From NCBI GenBank assembly GCA_031409335.1, contig JANNWY010000216.1, positions 1 through 26,871 of the forward strand: a DNA stretch of 26,871 bases. The letters are read 5' to 3'. The notes beneath the pieces are model-generated. The model had not been told where the DNA came from, made no database searches, and saw only the letters and a list, made by a program, of their open reading frames with translations. Below, piece by piece: positions 18,510-26,871 of the stretch (within the stretch, counting starts at the first letter, position 1; every line of letters starts with the position of its first letter). Both the position numbers and the translations under genes were made by a program. This DNA comes from Chthoniobacteraceae bacterium. GTDB taxonomy: Bacteria > Verrucomicrobiota > Verrucomicrobiia > Chthoniobacterales > Chthoniobacteraceae.

Positions 18510-19811
18510 CTAGTTCGGCAGCACTTCGACACTCACGAGTTCCAGCCCCTTGTCGGCATGGACGGTGAGGAGCCAGCAATCCTCGATGGTCAGTCCCTCG
18601 GCCGTGCGCGGGGAACGTGGCTCTTCGGGTGAAAGTTCTGCGAGACGCAGTTCCAAATCGAAACTTCCGTCTGGAGGCCCGCCCGGCTCGATCCGGCGGG
18701 AGGTGTTGTATTTTCCCGCGCAACCGCCGTTTGGGAAATGCGTCGTCATTCCGAAAGAGACCTCGCCACCGGACGGCATCCGACCGCGGATTCGGAACCG
18801 CGCATCGGGGCCGAGCAACACGGGAGGCGCGTTGCCGGAACTTGCCGAGATCGCGGTCACAAAAAGGAGGAGCGGACCGAACTTGGTTTCCTTCAAGAAC
18901 AGCGGCTCGGCGCGCAGGCAACCGGCGAGTCCATCGTCTTTCATCTGCCATTTCCCATAGGCCGCGCCAGCCGGGAGATTGCTGTGCCAGTGATTCACCG
19001 GCGGGGATGGCTGCGTCGCGAGAAGTTCGGCGCGTTGATCAATCGAAGCCACGACGCGATGATGCGCGGGCACCTCCGCGATCCGTCCATCCACCAGCCG
19101 CCGGACGCTCACGCGGCCTTCGTTTACACTCAGCGATGTGTAGGCAGCGTCAGCCTTCACGTTGAACTGCGTTCCCATCACCGTGAGATCGGCCGTAGGC
19201 GTGTGGACGATCAACGGGCTCGCTGCGGGTTGCCGCGCGACATTCGCGGAAAGGTTGCCGCTGCGCAGATCCAGCACCTTTTGTTTCTGCGCCGGGATCG
19301 TTACCGCGGACGGACCGAAAATCGTCACCTGCGTTCCATCGCGAAATTTGAAAGCCACGGATGATTCTACAGAAAGCGATTCCAGCGTGCCGCCGCTCAC
19401 GACGCTGCCGACCTTGAGATCGCGGACCACGTGTCCCCCGGCACCCGTCCATTGCAGCGGGCCGCTCATCTCCGCGATCTGCGCCGGCTCGGGCGTGCTC
19501 CGCATCCACCAAAACGAACCGCCAGCCAGCAGCATCACCGCGGCGGCGATGGCCGTGATCCACCGCCAGTCATTGAAACGAATCCGCGACTCGCCCGGCG
19601 AGACGACTCGCAGTTCCGTTTCCCCGCGCCGCGCCTTCTCGGTGCGCTCCAGTTCCGCCACCGCCACCGCCTGTTCCGCGACTTCGCGCAAAAACGCCCG
19701 CGCTTCCGCATCCGTCCGCAGAACTTCCGCGACGCGCGCTTCCTCGTCGGCAGTCAGCCGCCCGTCAAGATGCCGCAAGAGCAGTTCGTGATTCGAGTTC
19801 GCGTCGCTCAT
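18510..19811 (-). CDS. FecR-domain anti-sigma factor
   Basis: N-terminal anti-sigma helices (LLLRHLDG.LT.DE...); one TM segment (WITAIAAAVMLLAGGSFWW); FecR core (F.DGT.V, L..G.LSA.VA.QP, TP.A...VMGTQF.V, V.EG.V). Overlaps the sigma stop by 4 nt. Confidence 0.9.
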   Translation of the reverse strand: MSDANSNHELLLRHLDGRLTADEEARVAEVLRTDAEARAFLREVAEQAVAVAELERTEKARRGETELRVVSPGESRIRFNDWRWITAIAAAVMLLAGGSFWWMRSTPEPAQIAEMSGPLQWTGAGGHVVRDLKVGSVVSGGTLESLSVESSVAFKFRDGTQVTIFGPSAVTIPAQKQKVLDLRSGNLSANVARQPAASPLIVHTPTADLTVMGTQFNVKADAAYTSLSVNEGRVSVRRLVDGRIAEVPAHHRVVASIDQRAELLATQPSPPVNHWHSNLPAGAAYGKWQMKDDGLAGCLRAEPLFLKETKFGPLLLFVTAISASSGNAPPVLLGPDARFRIRGRMPSGGEVSFGMTTHFPNGGCAGKYNTSRRIEPGGPPDGSFDLELRLAELSPEEPRSPRTAEGLTIEDCWLLTVHADKGLELVSVEVLPN

Positions 19812-20338
19812 GCTTCCGTCGGTTTCTGCGCAGCCATCCGGCCTTCGATGCAGACCCGCAACGCCTCGTGCAAGCGCGACAGCCGCTTGTAAATCGCCTC
19901 CAGCCCGAGCCCAAGTTTCTCCGCCACATCCTCACATCCGCGCCCCTCGAAATAGCGCAGCCGCAGCAATTCCTTCGACGATTCCGGCACATCGTCCAAA
20001 CATTCGTGCAAGGCCTCCATCTTCCCACCGCCCGCATGCGAAGGCTCCGCCAGCCACTCGCGATCCAGCAAATCCATGATCGCCGAATCAAGTTGCAACG
20101 TCTCCCGCCGATGCTTGCGCAGCCAGTCCAACCCTTCCCGCCGCGCTGTGATAAAAGCCCAAGACATCAGCGCTCCTTCCGCCTCAAAGCTCACCTCACG
20201 AGTCATCGCCTTGAGGGCGACATTTTGAAAAATATCCTCCGCCGCGTGAGCATCCCGGACGACAACCCAAGCCGCCGCCGAAACGCGATGCCGCCAGGTC
20301 ATCAGCGTTTGCAGGATGTCTTTTTCGGAAAGCGGCAT
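19808..20338 (-). CDS. ECF sigma-70 factor (PVC-type, TIGR02989-like)
   Basis: DAHAAEDIFQNV..W...AR region 2; LHECLDDVP....LLRLRYFEG...VA..LG....IYKRLSR..LR.CI region 4. Probable start ATG 20338. Confidence 0.93.
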   Translation of the reverse strand: MPLSEKDILQTLMTWRHRVSAAAWVVVRDAHAAEDIFQNVALKAMTREVSFEAEGALMSWAFITARREGLDWLRKHRRETLQLDSAIMDLLDREWLAEPSHAGGGKMEALHECLDDVPESSKELLRLRYFEGRGCEDVAEKLGLGLEAIYKRLSRLHEALRVCIEGRMAAQKPTEA

Positions 20339-20350
20339 TGTTAAATGCAG

Positions 20351-20376
20351 AACGATTTGCCGCTTGGTTTCCTGAC
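20351..20376 (-). promoter_or_regulatory. Putative autoregulatory ECF promoter GTCAGGA-N15-CGTT
   Basis: The - strand reads GTCAGGAaaccaagcggcaaatCGTT, ending 12 nt before the sigma ATG. It matches 13013-13038. Confidence 0.55.
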
Positions 20377-20481
20377 AAAGCAATTTGGGAAAGATCCGCC
20401 CCGTCCACGTCTCCGTGTTGCGCAATGGGCCGCATGGCGCACTGTCGCTTCCCGCCGCACGAACATGGCATCGCTTGCGAA

Positions 20482-23235
20482 CTACCAGCGGTATTCCACT
20501 GAGAGTAAGGACCGCCCTTTTGGAAGCGTCAGCGGGATGAGCACGTCGCCGTTCTCGCCTTCGCGGACGATTCCTTTGTGGTCACTCGTGATGCGGACCT
20601 GGAGTTTGTCCGCAGTGAACGTGCGCTCGGCGGAAGCGGTGATTTTTTTCCCGGCGGCGGCGCGGAAATAGAACGGAGTTTGCGCTGCGGTCGTGTCGAA
20701 GCGGAGCGTGCGCTTGAAGTAGGGTTTGCCGTCCCCGCCGCGCACGTCCTCGAAGAAATCTTCCACCGTGATGTCACCGTATTGGTAGCGCAAAGTCGGC
20801 CGGCGCGCGGCGTCGAGCGTGTAGCCGCGGAACTGGTATCCGTGATCCTGCGGGAAGGCGTGATTGGTCTTTGCTTTGTAGGGCCAGTTGTCCTCCAGCG
20901 ATGTGAGGCGGTGGAATGGGATGCCGGGCGGAAAGGAAATTGAATCCGTTCCGCGCGGGTTAAACCGACCGGAATCCACGCTGGCGAAGTCGCCTTTCCA
21001 AAGCTGACGCAGCGCCATTTCGCCGGAGTCGAAAGCGAGGTTGATTCGCTCGGGGTAGCCGACGCCGATGCCGCGATAGCCGACGGGGCTTTGCCCGCGG
21101 CAGATCTCGGTGGTGTCGCCCACGCGCACTTCGTTCGACTGGCGGGAAAGGCCGACCGGTTTCTTTGCGCGGATGCCGTCTTCGAGATAGGTCCACAGCG
21201 CTTCGATCTGCTGCGCGGTGTCGCCGCCGAGGATGACCGGGCGCGTGGACTGACCATCCGGCCAGAAGCTCGGCATGATAACGGTGGGGTGAAAGCGCGA
21301 TGGCTGGCGCATGTAGAGATAGAACCAGTTTTTCTTGAGCCGCTCGGTCACGCGCCCGATGTCGAGCGCGCTCATCTCGCCGGATTTCTGGCCGTTGAAT
21401 TCATGACACGCGATGCAGCTCAAGCCGTTGGTGCCAATCATTTCGTAGCCGGCGTTTTTCGATTCGAGAATGTTCGCGACCTTCGGGAGCGTCGCCGTTT
21501 CGAGTTCATCCACCTTGCCAAACAGCTCCACGAGATGCCCAACGTTCGCCTCGCCAAACTGCGGCATCGCGGCATCCACGTAATCGCGCTGGCGTTTCCC
21601 GCGCAGCAGCACTTCGGCGATCCATTCCGGCTTCAGCTTCGCGCCGACGTGCGAAAGCGGCGGCGGGATGCGGCCTTGGTCGCCGAGCGCAGGCTGCGTG
21701 CCGGTGAAGAGCGCGTTGCGCTCGGGTGCGATGCCGCCGAGGCCGGTGCGCTCGTGGCAGGCGATGCAGTTGAAAGTGACGAGCGTTTTCGCGAGTTGTT
21801 GCTGGTCGTCGAGCTGCGGCTTTTCCGCGATCGGCAGCGCCTTTGCGATCAACCCCCGCTGTTCCGCATTCAAATCGAAACGCGGCCACGCGCCCGCAGC
21901 TTCGCCGAGACATCCGCGACCGGCGCCGAGCTTGGCAAAAGCGATGCTGGGTTTGCCGGGAATCTTGAGGTCGTCGTGGCAATTCGCGCAGCCAAGTTTG
22001 CCAAACTGCTCCCGCCCGCGCGCCGCGAGTTCCGCATCCACCTCGAGCGGCGCGAAGGGCGCGATGACCTCGTTGGAGATGGACAGCCGCTCCGAAGGAA
22101 TCGGCCCGCGCGCAAACTGCGGCCCTTCCATCTCGCACGAAAACTTTGCCTCACGCCCCGTGTGAAAATACGTGAGCTGTATTTTGCGCCAGCCCGCCGC
22201 GAGTTCCGCCGCGCCTTCCAGCTCCTTCACCCCGCGCCGGTCGCTCGGCTCCTGCTGGATGATTTGTTTCCCGTCCACGAGCAGCGAGCCGCCATTCATC
22301 CTGAGGAAAAACGTGTGGCGCCCCGCGTGCGCGATGTTCACCCAGCCATCGTATTTGAGCGCCGTGTGCTGCGGGATTTTTCCCATGCCGAGACTCTCCA
22401 ACGCAAAGTCGTTCACCTGCCCCGCCCGCTCCGCCGTCACCTTCTCGCTCTCCAATCCCTCCCACACTTCTCCGCGATAAAGCGTGTAGCCAAGCGAGCC
22501 CGGCACTCGCGTATTTTGCAGGAGAAAATGCGCAATGCGCTCCACGTCCTGACTGGCAAGCCGCATGTCCGGCATCCGCCCCGATGGCCGGCTCGCGTGC
22601 GGCTGGCGCAGAAAATCCACGAGACTCTTGAAGCTGTATTTTTGCTCCAGCGCACCGAGCGGCGCGGAATTCTTCGGCAGCAACTCCGCGCCTTTTTCAT
22701 CGCGGGGCGAATGGCACGCCGCGCATCCGCGCGAATGGAACAGCCGCTTCCCATGCTCGGCCGCCACGGCATCCGGTGCCTGCGGCGCGAAGTCGTTCTT
22801 TTTCAATGAGAACAAAAAGTGCGTGAGCGCCGCTGCCGTCTGCTGCTTTTCATCCGCGCCCAATTTCCCCAGCAAGTCCGGCATCGTCGTGCCGGGCTTC
22901 GACCCATGCGGATTGGCGACAAACTCTTGCGCCCAGCCTGGATTTACTCGCGCTCCGATCTCCGCGAGTCGGGGCGCTTTTTTCGAGCGCGCAGCCAGTG
23001 CCGCGTCGCCCGCGTGGCAGGCGACGCAATTCAATTCCTCAATCAGCACCAGCCCTTTCAGCGCCGGATCGAGCTGGCTGGACGCCACTCCAGAAACGAC
23101 TGCCTCCGCGAAAATTACCGGGACCGCGCCAAATTGCAGCACGGCACAAAGGGTGATCCATCGGAGAATCTCCGCCACGCCGGGCGGAGCCCTGCGCACT
23201 GGCGATACTGCGGACGCGCGTTTGGGGAATTGCAT
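20482..23235 (-). CDS. Multiheme c-type cytochrome with PA14-like domain
   Basis: Five CxxCH motifs (CVACH, CAACH, CANCH, CIACH, CIACH); four MP axial-Met-type motifs; PA14-like YDGWVNI...GRHTFFL...L.VDGK...GWRKIQLTYF. Probable start ATG 23235 (approximate). Confidence 0.85.
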   Translation of the reverse strand: MQFPKRASAVSPVRRAPPGVAEILRWITLCAVLQFGAVPVIFAEAVVSGVASSQLDPALKGLVLIEELNCVACHAGDAALAARSKKAPRLAEIGARVNPGWAQEFVANPHGSKPGTTMPDLLGKLGADEKQQTAAALTHFLFSLKKNDFAPQAPDAVAAEHGKRLFHSRGCAACHSPRDEKGAELLPKNSAPLGALEQKYSFKSLVDFLRQPHASRPSGRMPDMRLASQDVERIAHFLLQNTRVPGSLGYTLYRGEVWEGLESEKVTAERAGQVNDFALESLGMGKIPQHTALKYDGWVNIAHAGRHTFFLRMNGGSLLVDGKQIIQQEPSDRRGVKELEGAAELAAGWRKIQLTYFHTGREAKFSCEMEGPQFARGPIPSERLSISNEVIAPFAPLEVDAELAARGREQFGKLGCANCHDDLKIPGKPSIAFAKLGAGRGCLGEAAGAWPRFDLNAEQRGLIAKALPIAEKPQLDDQQQLAKTLVTFNCIACHERTGLGGIAPERNALFTGTQPALGDQGRIPPPLSHVGAKLKPEWIAEVLLRGKRQRDYVDAAMPQFGEANVGHLVELFGKVDELETATLPKVANILESKNAGYEMIGTNGLSCIACHEFNGQKSGEMSALDIGRVTERLKKNWFYLYMRQPSRFHPTVIMPSFWPDGQSTRPVILGGDTAQQIEALWTYLEDGIRAKKPVGLSRQSNEVRVGDTTEICRGQSPVGYRGIGVGYPERINLAFDSGEMALRQLWKGDFASVDSGRFNPRGTDSISFPPGIPFHRLTSLEDNWPYKAKTNHAFPQDHGYQFRGYTLDAARRPTLRYQYGDITVEDFFEDVRGGDGKPYFKRTLRFDTTAAQTPFYFRAAAGKKITASAERTFTADKLQVRITSDHKGIVREGENGDVLIPLTLPKGRSLLSVEYRW

Positions 23236-23308
23236 GACGGCTACTGGCTTTCGCGGAACTCGATGGCGTTTCCGCGTTATCGGAAACTCCCGCGGCTTGC
23301 CCAGCGGA

Positions 23309-24082
23309 TCACCGCTCGTAAGCCTGCTCGCCTCGTTTTCCGGTGAAGAAATTCTCAAGATGCTCGCCGCGGCGCACCATGCGGTTGCCGAGTCGGTGAA
23401 AGAAATCGCCGACCCCGCGGAAGCGCTCGCCGGGTTGCGAGTAGCGGCTGTCGGAGTAACTGCTCCCGCGCTCGCGCTCGCGATACACATTGTCTTCCTG
23501 CGCGACCGGCGGCGGGGCACCCCGATCGGGACGCTCCGACGAGATGTCTGAAGGCGGCGCGATTGCGTCGGATTTTTCCAGCACCGCGCCGGAGTCTGCG
23601 GCGATGAGCATCGTTCCGATCCTGCCCTGGCGTCCGTTGAAAAGCTCGACCGTCCAGACCGGCGCACCGCCGCCGCTGCCGCTGCGCAGCGAATAGTCGA
23701 GCCGGTCAAATTGCTGGCCGTTCTTTTCCGTTTCCTTGTTCACGATCGTGAACACGCCCTCGCTGTCGAGATTCAGCCGGCTGAAATCCATCGTCTCACC
23801 GACCGGGCCGCGCGCGACTGGGGTGCGTTCGCCGATGACCCGCCCGCGCTGCACCTCGACCTCGCGGATGCCGCCGCGCGCGTTCGGTTCGCTGAGGACG
23901 ACTTTCCAAACCGCCGGTTGCGGCGAGCCATTGCGACCGCGCAGCTCGACCACGCGATTGAGCGCGCCTGAGCCGATCTTTTTTCCGACCACTCGCAGCG
24001 CGGTGTAAGCCGTGGCGGGTTGTTCGGCGGCGATGGCGGAGGAAACGCTGAGGAGCAGGGCGAGAGGAGCTGTGAATTTCAT
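23309..24082 (-). CDS. Hypothetical secreted protein with two PepSY-like segments and a low-complexity tail
   Basis: Signal peptide MKFTAPLALLLSVSSAIA; W.V motifs (QPAVWKVV, APVWTVEL) and IAADSGAVL; Pro/Arg/Ser-rich C-terminus. Alternative start at 24094. Confidence 0.7.
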   Translation of the reverse strand: MKFTAPLALLLSVSSAIAAEQPATAYTALRVVGKKIGSGALNRVVELRGRNGSPQPAVWKVVLSEPNARGGIREVEVQRGRVIGERTPVARGPVGETMDFSRLNLDSEGVFTIVNKETEKNGQQFDRLDYSLRSGSGGGAPVWTVELFNGRQGRIGTMLIAADSGAVLEKSDAIAPPSDISSERPDRGAPPPVAQEDNVYRERERGSSYSDSRYSQPGERFRGVGDFFHRLGNRMVRRGEHLENFFTGKRGEQAYER

Positions 24083-24139
24083 CGCGCGGAGCATGGAATA
24101 GAGGCGCGGGAATTTCCAGCGTGAATCGAGCGCCTCCTT

Positions 24140-24229
24140 CTCCTGCTCTTGCTCTTGCTCTTGATCTTGATCCAGACCGTTGGCACCGGAGCCGAGGATC
24201 AAGAGCAGGATCAAGAGCAGGATCAGGAG
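24140..24229. repeat. Long imperfect inverted repeat built of GA(T/G)CA(A/G) hexamer arrays
   Basis: Arms 24140-24173 and 24196-24229 (34 bp, 5 mismatches), with a 22-nt loop. Confidence 0.9.
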
Positions 24230-24284
24230 CGCGAAACCGCTACCGCGTTGCCCGATGGGATGCTAAAGCACTATCTCTTCCCGC

Positions 24285-25553
24285 ATGAATCCAGAAGCCG
24301 ACCGGCTCGAAAAGCTGCTTCACGTTTACAAAGGCCTCGTCGAAGTCAGCGCGCTGATCAACGGCATCACCGACTCGGCGGAGCTGATGCCCGCGATCCT
24401 CGATGTCGCGCGCCGCGTCTTCAATGTGCAGGCCGCTTCCCTTTTTCTCGTGAATCCGGATGGCGATCTGGAACTCGCCAACGCCAGTGGCGCGGACGCT
24501 TTGCCGACGACGCGGATCATCGTGCCGCGCGGCCAGGGCATCTCCGGCTGGGTGCTGGAACACCGCATGCCGCAACTCGTGCCGGACGCCTACGAGGACC
24601 CGCGCTTTTACCGCGAAGCCGATCGCCAAACGGGATACCGCACGGGCTCGATCCTGTGCGTGCCGCTCACGCGCAACGATGTCGATATCGGCGTCCTCCA
24701 GATTTTAAATCCGCTCGATCGCGAACGATTCAACATCTCCGATCTCGAAGCGTTCACCGCGTACGGCACGCTCGCCGCGACGGCGATCGACAAACTGCGC
24801 ACCATCAAACGCCAGCACGAACAGCAGCGCACGGAGCACGAGTCCGCGATCGCGCGCGATATTCAAAACAGTTTCCTGCCTCAAAATCTCCCGCAGCGAC
24901 CGGAGATCAGTTTCGCCGCGAGCTACCGGCCCGCGTTGAATGTGGGCGGTGATTTCTACGACGTGATCGCGCTCGGCCCCGACGAGTTTTTTTTCGTCGT
25001 CGGCGATGTTTCTGGAAAGGGCACGCCCGCCGCGCTGTTGATGGCGCAGGCGCTCAGCATTCTGCGGCTGATTCTCGTCCCCGGCATTTCGCCGATGACG
25101 GTGCTCGCGCGGTGGAATGAAACGCTGTGCGGCCACACCATCCGCGGGATGTTCGTGACCGCGATCGTCGGGCGCATCGTGCCTTCGCTCCGGCACGTGG
25201 AACTCGCCAGCGCCGGGCATCCTTCGCCGCTGCGCGTGCGCGCGGGAGGCGGCGCGAGTGAGGAGGTGATGCCATCCGCGCCGCCGCTCGGCATCGTGCC
25301 GGAAATCCCGGGCCGCTCCCACCAGCTCGCGCTCGCGCCGGGCGAGCGACTGGTGTTTTATACCGACGGACTGACGGAGTCCTTCAACGCCCAGAAAGTC
25401 CCGCTCGATCTGGAAGGCGTCCGCCTATTGCTTGGCGAAGATTTTCAAAAAACCGCAGATGTCGTCGCCGCGCTCGAGCACGGCGAGGCCGCACATCGGA
25501 AGGACGCGCCACCGCACGATGACCTCACTATTCTCGTGCTCGGACTGCAATGA
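24285..25553 (+). CDS. GAF + PP2C/SpoIIE serine phosphatase (RsbU-like)
   Basis: GAF domain (GQGISGWV..VPDAYEDPRF..D.QTGY.T.SILCVPL); ARDIQ.SFLP; VGGDFYD; GDVSGKG; FYTDGLTE; DDLTI. Confidence 0.95.
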   Translation: MNPEADRLEKLLHVYKGLVEVSALINGITDSAELMPAILDVARRVFNVQAASLFLVNPDGDLELANASGADALPTTRIIVPRGQGISGWVLEHRMPQLVPDAYEDPRFYREADRQTGYRTGSILCVPLTRNDVDIGVLQILNPLDRERFNISDLEAFTAYGTLAATAIDKLRTIKRQHEQQRTEHESAIARDIQNSFLPQNLPQRPEISFAASYRPALNVGGDFYDVIALGPDEFFFVVGDVSGKGTPAALLMAQALSILRLILVPGISPMTVLARWNETLCGHTIRGMFVTAIVGRIVPSLRHVELASAGHPSPLRVRAGGGASEEVMPSAPPLGIVPEIPGRSHQLALAPGERLVFYTDGLTESFNAQKVPLDLEGVRLLLGEDFQKTADVVAALEHGEAAHRKDAPPHDDLTILVLGLQ

Positions 25554-25957
25554 AACGCGAACTCGATTTCGCCAGCCATCCTGGAAACCTCTGCCTGATG
25601 CGCGATTTCGTGCGCCAGTTTCTCGAGCCGATCGCACTGCCAGCGGCGGAGAAAGACTTGATCGTCCTTGGCCTGGATGAAGCCTGCACCAACGTCATCC
25701 GCCACGCCTACTGCCACGAATCGGACAAGCCGATGCACCTCGCGTGCGAGCACCACGGCGACCACGTGCTCTTCCGCCTCCGGGATTTCGGGACGCCGTG
25801 CGAAAAGGAAAAATTGAAAGGCCGACCGCTCGAAGAAGTGCGCCCCGGTGGCCTCGGCATTCATCTGATTCAGCGGGCATTTTCAAAAGTCGTTTACGAA
25901 CCGAAAGCCGACGGAACCGAACTGGTGATGCGCAAGAATCTGGAAAGCGTGCGGTAG
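25550..25957 (+). CDS. Anti-sigma factor / serine kinase (RsbW-like, HATPase_c_2)
   Basis: LGLDEACTNVIRHAY N-box; RDFG; GGLGIHLI. Overlaps the upstream stop by 4 nt. Confidence 0.92.
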   Translation: MKRELDFASHPGNLCLMRDFVRQFLEPIALPAAEKDLIVLGLDEACTNVIRHAYCHESDKPMHLACEHHGDHVLFRLRDFGTPCEKEKLKGRPLEEVRPGGLGIHLIQRAFSKVVYEPKADGTELVMRKNLESVR

Positions 25958-25964
25958 TCCCGGC

Positions 25965-25992
25965 AAAAAGTAGGCGAGGTTTGCAACCTCGC
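25965..25992 (-). terminator. Hairpin GCGAGGTT-TGC-AACCTCGC with a T-run on the - strand; also GTAG-REP-like
   Basis: 8-bp perfect stem at 25974-25992 between convergent genes. The - strand continues CTACTTTTT; the + strand is preceded by GTAG. Confidence 0.55.
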
Positions 25993-26011
25993 GCGGCGGG
26001 CAAGCGGCAGC

Positions 26012-26871
26012 TTACGGCAGCGGCACAGACTCGGCGGCGGTGAGCAGCGCATACCACTCCTCCCGCGACAGCTCGATCGAAAGCGCGCTCACGGCATCGG
26101 TGATTCGCCCCGCGTTCGTCGTTCCCACGATCGGGATCACACCCGCCGGATGGCGGAGCAGCCAGGCGAGCGCGATTGCACTTCGCGAGACTCCGCGACG
26201 CGCGGCAATTTCATCCAGCAACGGAACCACCCGCTGCGGCTCGTATTCTCGCTGGGATCGCAGCAGATCACAGGCTCCATCCGCAAGCTGGCCACCCCCG
26301 AGCGGGCTCCACGCCATGAGCGTGATATGCTCCGCAAGGCACTGATCCAAAACGCCATCGAGCAATGGCGCGCGTTGGAGAAGGCTGAATTCCACCTGAT
26401 TCACCCAGAGCCGCATCGGGCAGGCTTTCTGCAACGTCGCGAGTTGGGTCGGGCGGAAATTACTCACCCCAAATTCGCGCACTTTCCCATCCCGCCGGAG
26501 CCGCTCAAAGGCGCTCGCGACTTCTTCCGGATGCGACAGAAAATCCGGGCGGTGAATCTGGTAAAGATCGATCGTCTCGACGTGCAAACGGCGCAGCGAA
26601 TCCTCGCAGGAAGCCACGATGTATTCCGGGCGGCTGTCATATCGGTAGGGCTCCCCCGCCCCGCCGAGTTGCGGCAGCCGGATCCCGCACTTGCTCGCGA
26701 TCACCAGCCGCTCCCGCAGCTCCGGCGACTCCTTCATCACCCGTCCGAATACCTCTTCACACGCGCCGCTGCCGTAGATATCCGCGTGATCGAACAGCGT
26801 GAACCCCGCATCAATCGCAGCGCGCACCGCGCGCGCCCCATCGGCATCGCGCCCGGTCAGCCGCCAGCAGC
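26012..26871 (-). CDS. Aldo/keto reductase (YdhF-like), 5'-partial
   Basis: The frame is open to the window edge (CWRLTG...). FDHADIYG, SKCG, SLRRL..IDLYQIHRPD, GKVREFGVSNF, NQVE, AWSPLGGG, AWLLRHP and PIVGT motifs. Confidence 0.95.
   Translation of the reverse strand, partial: CWRLTGRDADGARAVRAAIDAGFTLFDHADIYGSGACEEVFGRVMKESPELRERLVIASKCGIRLPQLGGAGEPYRYDSRPEYIVASCEDSLRRLHVETIDLYQIHRPDFLSHPEEVASAFERLRRDGKVREFGVSNFRPTQLATLQKACPMRLWVNQVEFSLLQRAPLLDGVLDQCLAEHITLMAWSPLGGGQLADGACDLLRSQREYEPQRVVPLLDEIAARRGVSRSAIALAWLLRHPAGVIPIVGTTNAGRITDAVSALSIELSREEWYALLTAAESVPLP

Noticed and set aside
23250..23295. Short alternative hairpins (GTTTCCG/CGGAAAC, GCGGAA/TTCCGC) upstream of the cytochrome
   Set aside because: The stems are only 6-7 bp in GC-rich sequence, with no U-tract or riboswitch signature.
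23236..23709. Long N-terminal extension of the multiheme cytochrome ORF
   Set aside because: It overlaps the upstream gene in another frame and has no protein-like features.
24140..24229. Possible CRISPR array
   Set aside because: The units are hexamers in inverted arms, with no repeat-spacer structure and no cas genes in the window.
24095..24952. ORF starts reading MILLLIL..DQEQEQ (24214, -) and MLLLLIL..DQEQDQ (24149, +)
   Set aside because: These are by-products of translating the hexamer-array hairpin, and the + ORF is out of frame with the phosphatase.

Overview
GC-rich bacterial window whose gene content (FecR/ECF pair, PA14 multiheme cytochrome, YncE/cytochrome c fusion, sulfatase, autotransporter-repeat protein) suggests a PVC-superphylum, probably verrucomicrobial, genome; this is an inference. 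From left to right it holds: an IS5/IS1182-type element that truncates a PQQ-like beta-propeller gene; a + strand set of secreted carbohydrate-active genes (SASA esterase, sulfatase, GH78-like rhamnosidase with F5/8 domain, CE4 deacetylase with autotransporter-associated repeats) interspersed with gene remnants; a long - strand block (pentaheme PA14 cytochrome, ECF sigma, FecR, ankyrin-containing acyltransferase, MacAB-like exporter, YncE/diheme cytochrome c protein); then a hexamer-repeat hairpin, a GAF-PP2C/RsbW-like pair and a partial aldo/keto reductase. Four signals stand out. (1) An identical GTCAGGA-N15-CGTT motif lies upstream of both the ECF sigma gene and the YncE/cytochrome gene, suggesting a regulon. 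(2) A diverged second copy of the FecR 3' end brackets the acyltransferase and is fused in frame to it. (3) The second heme motif of the YncE protein reads CxxYH. (4) Multiple deletion scars indicate a mosaic, decaying island. All family assignments come from motif recognition by eye, not database searches.
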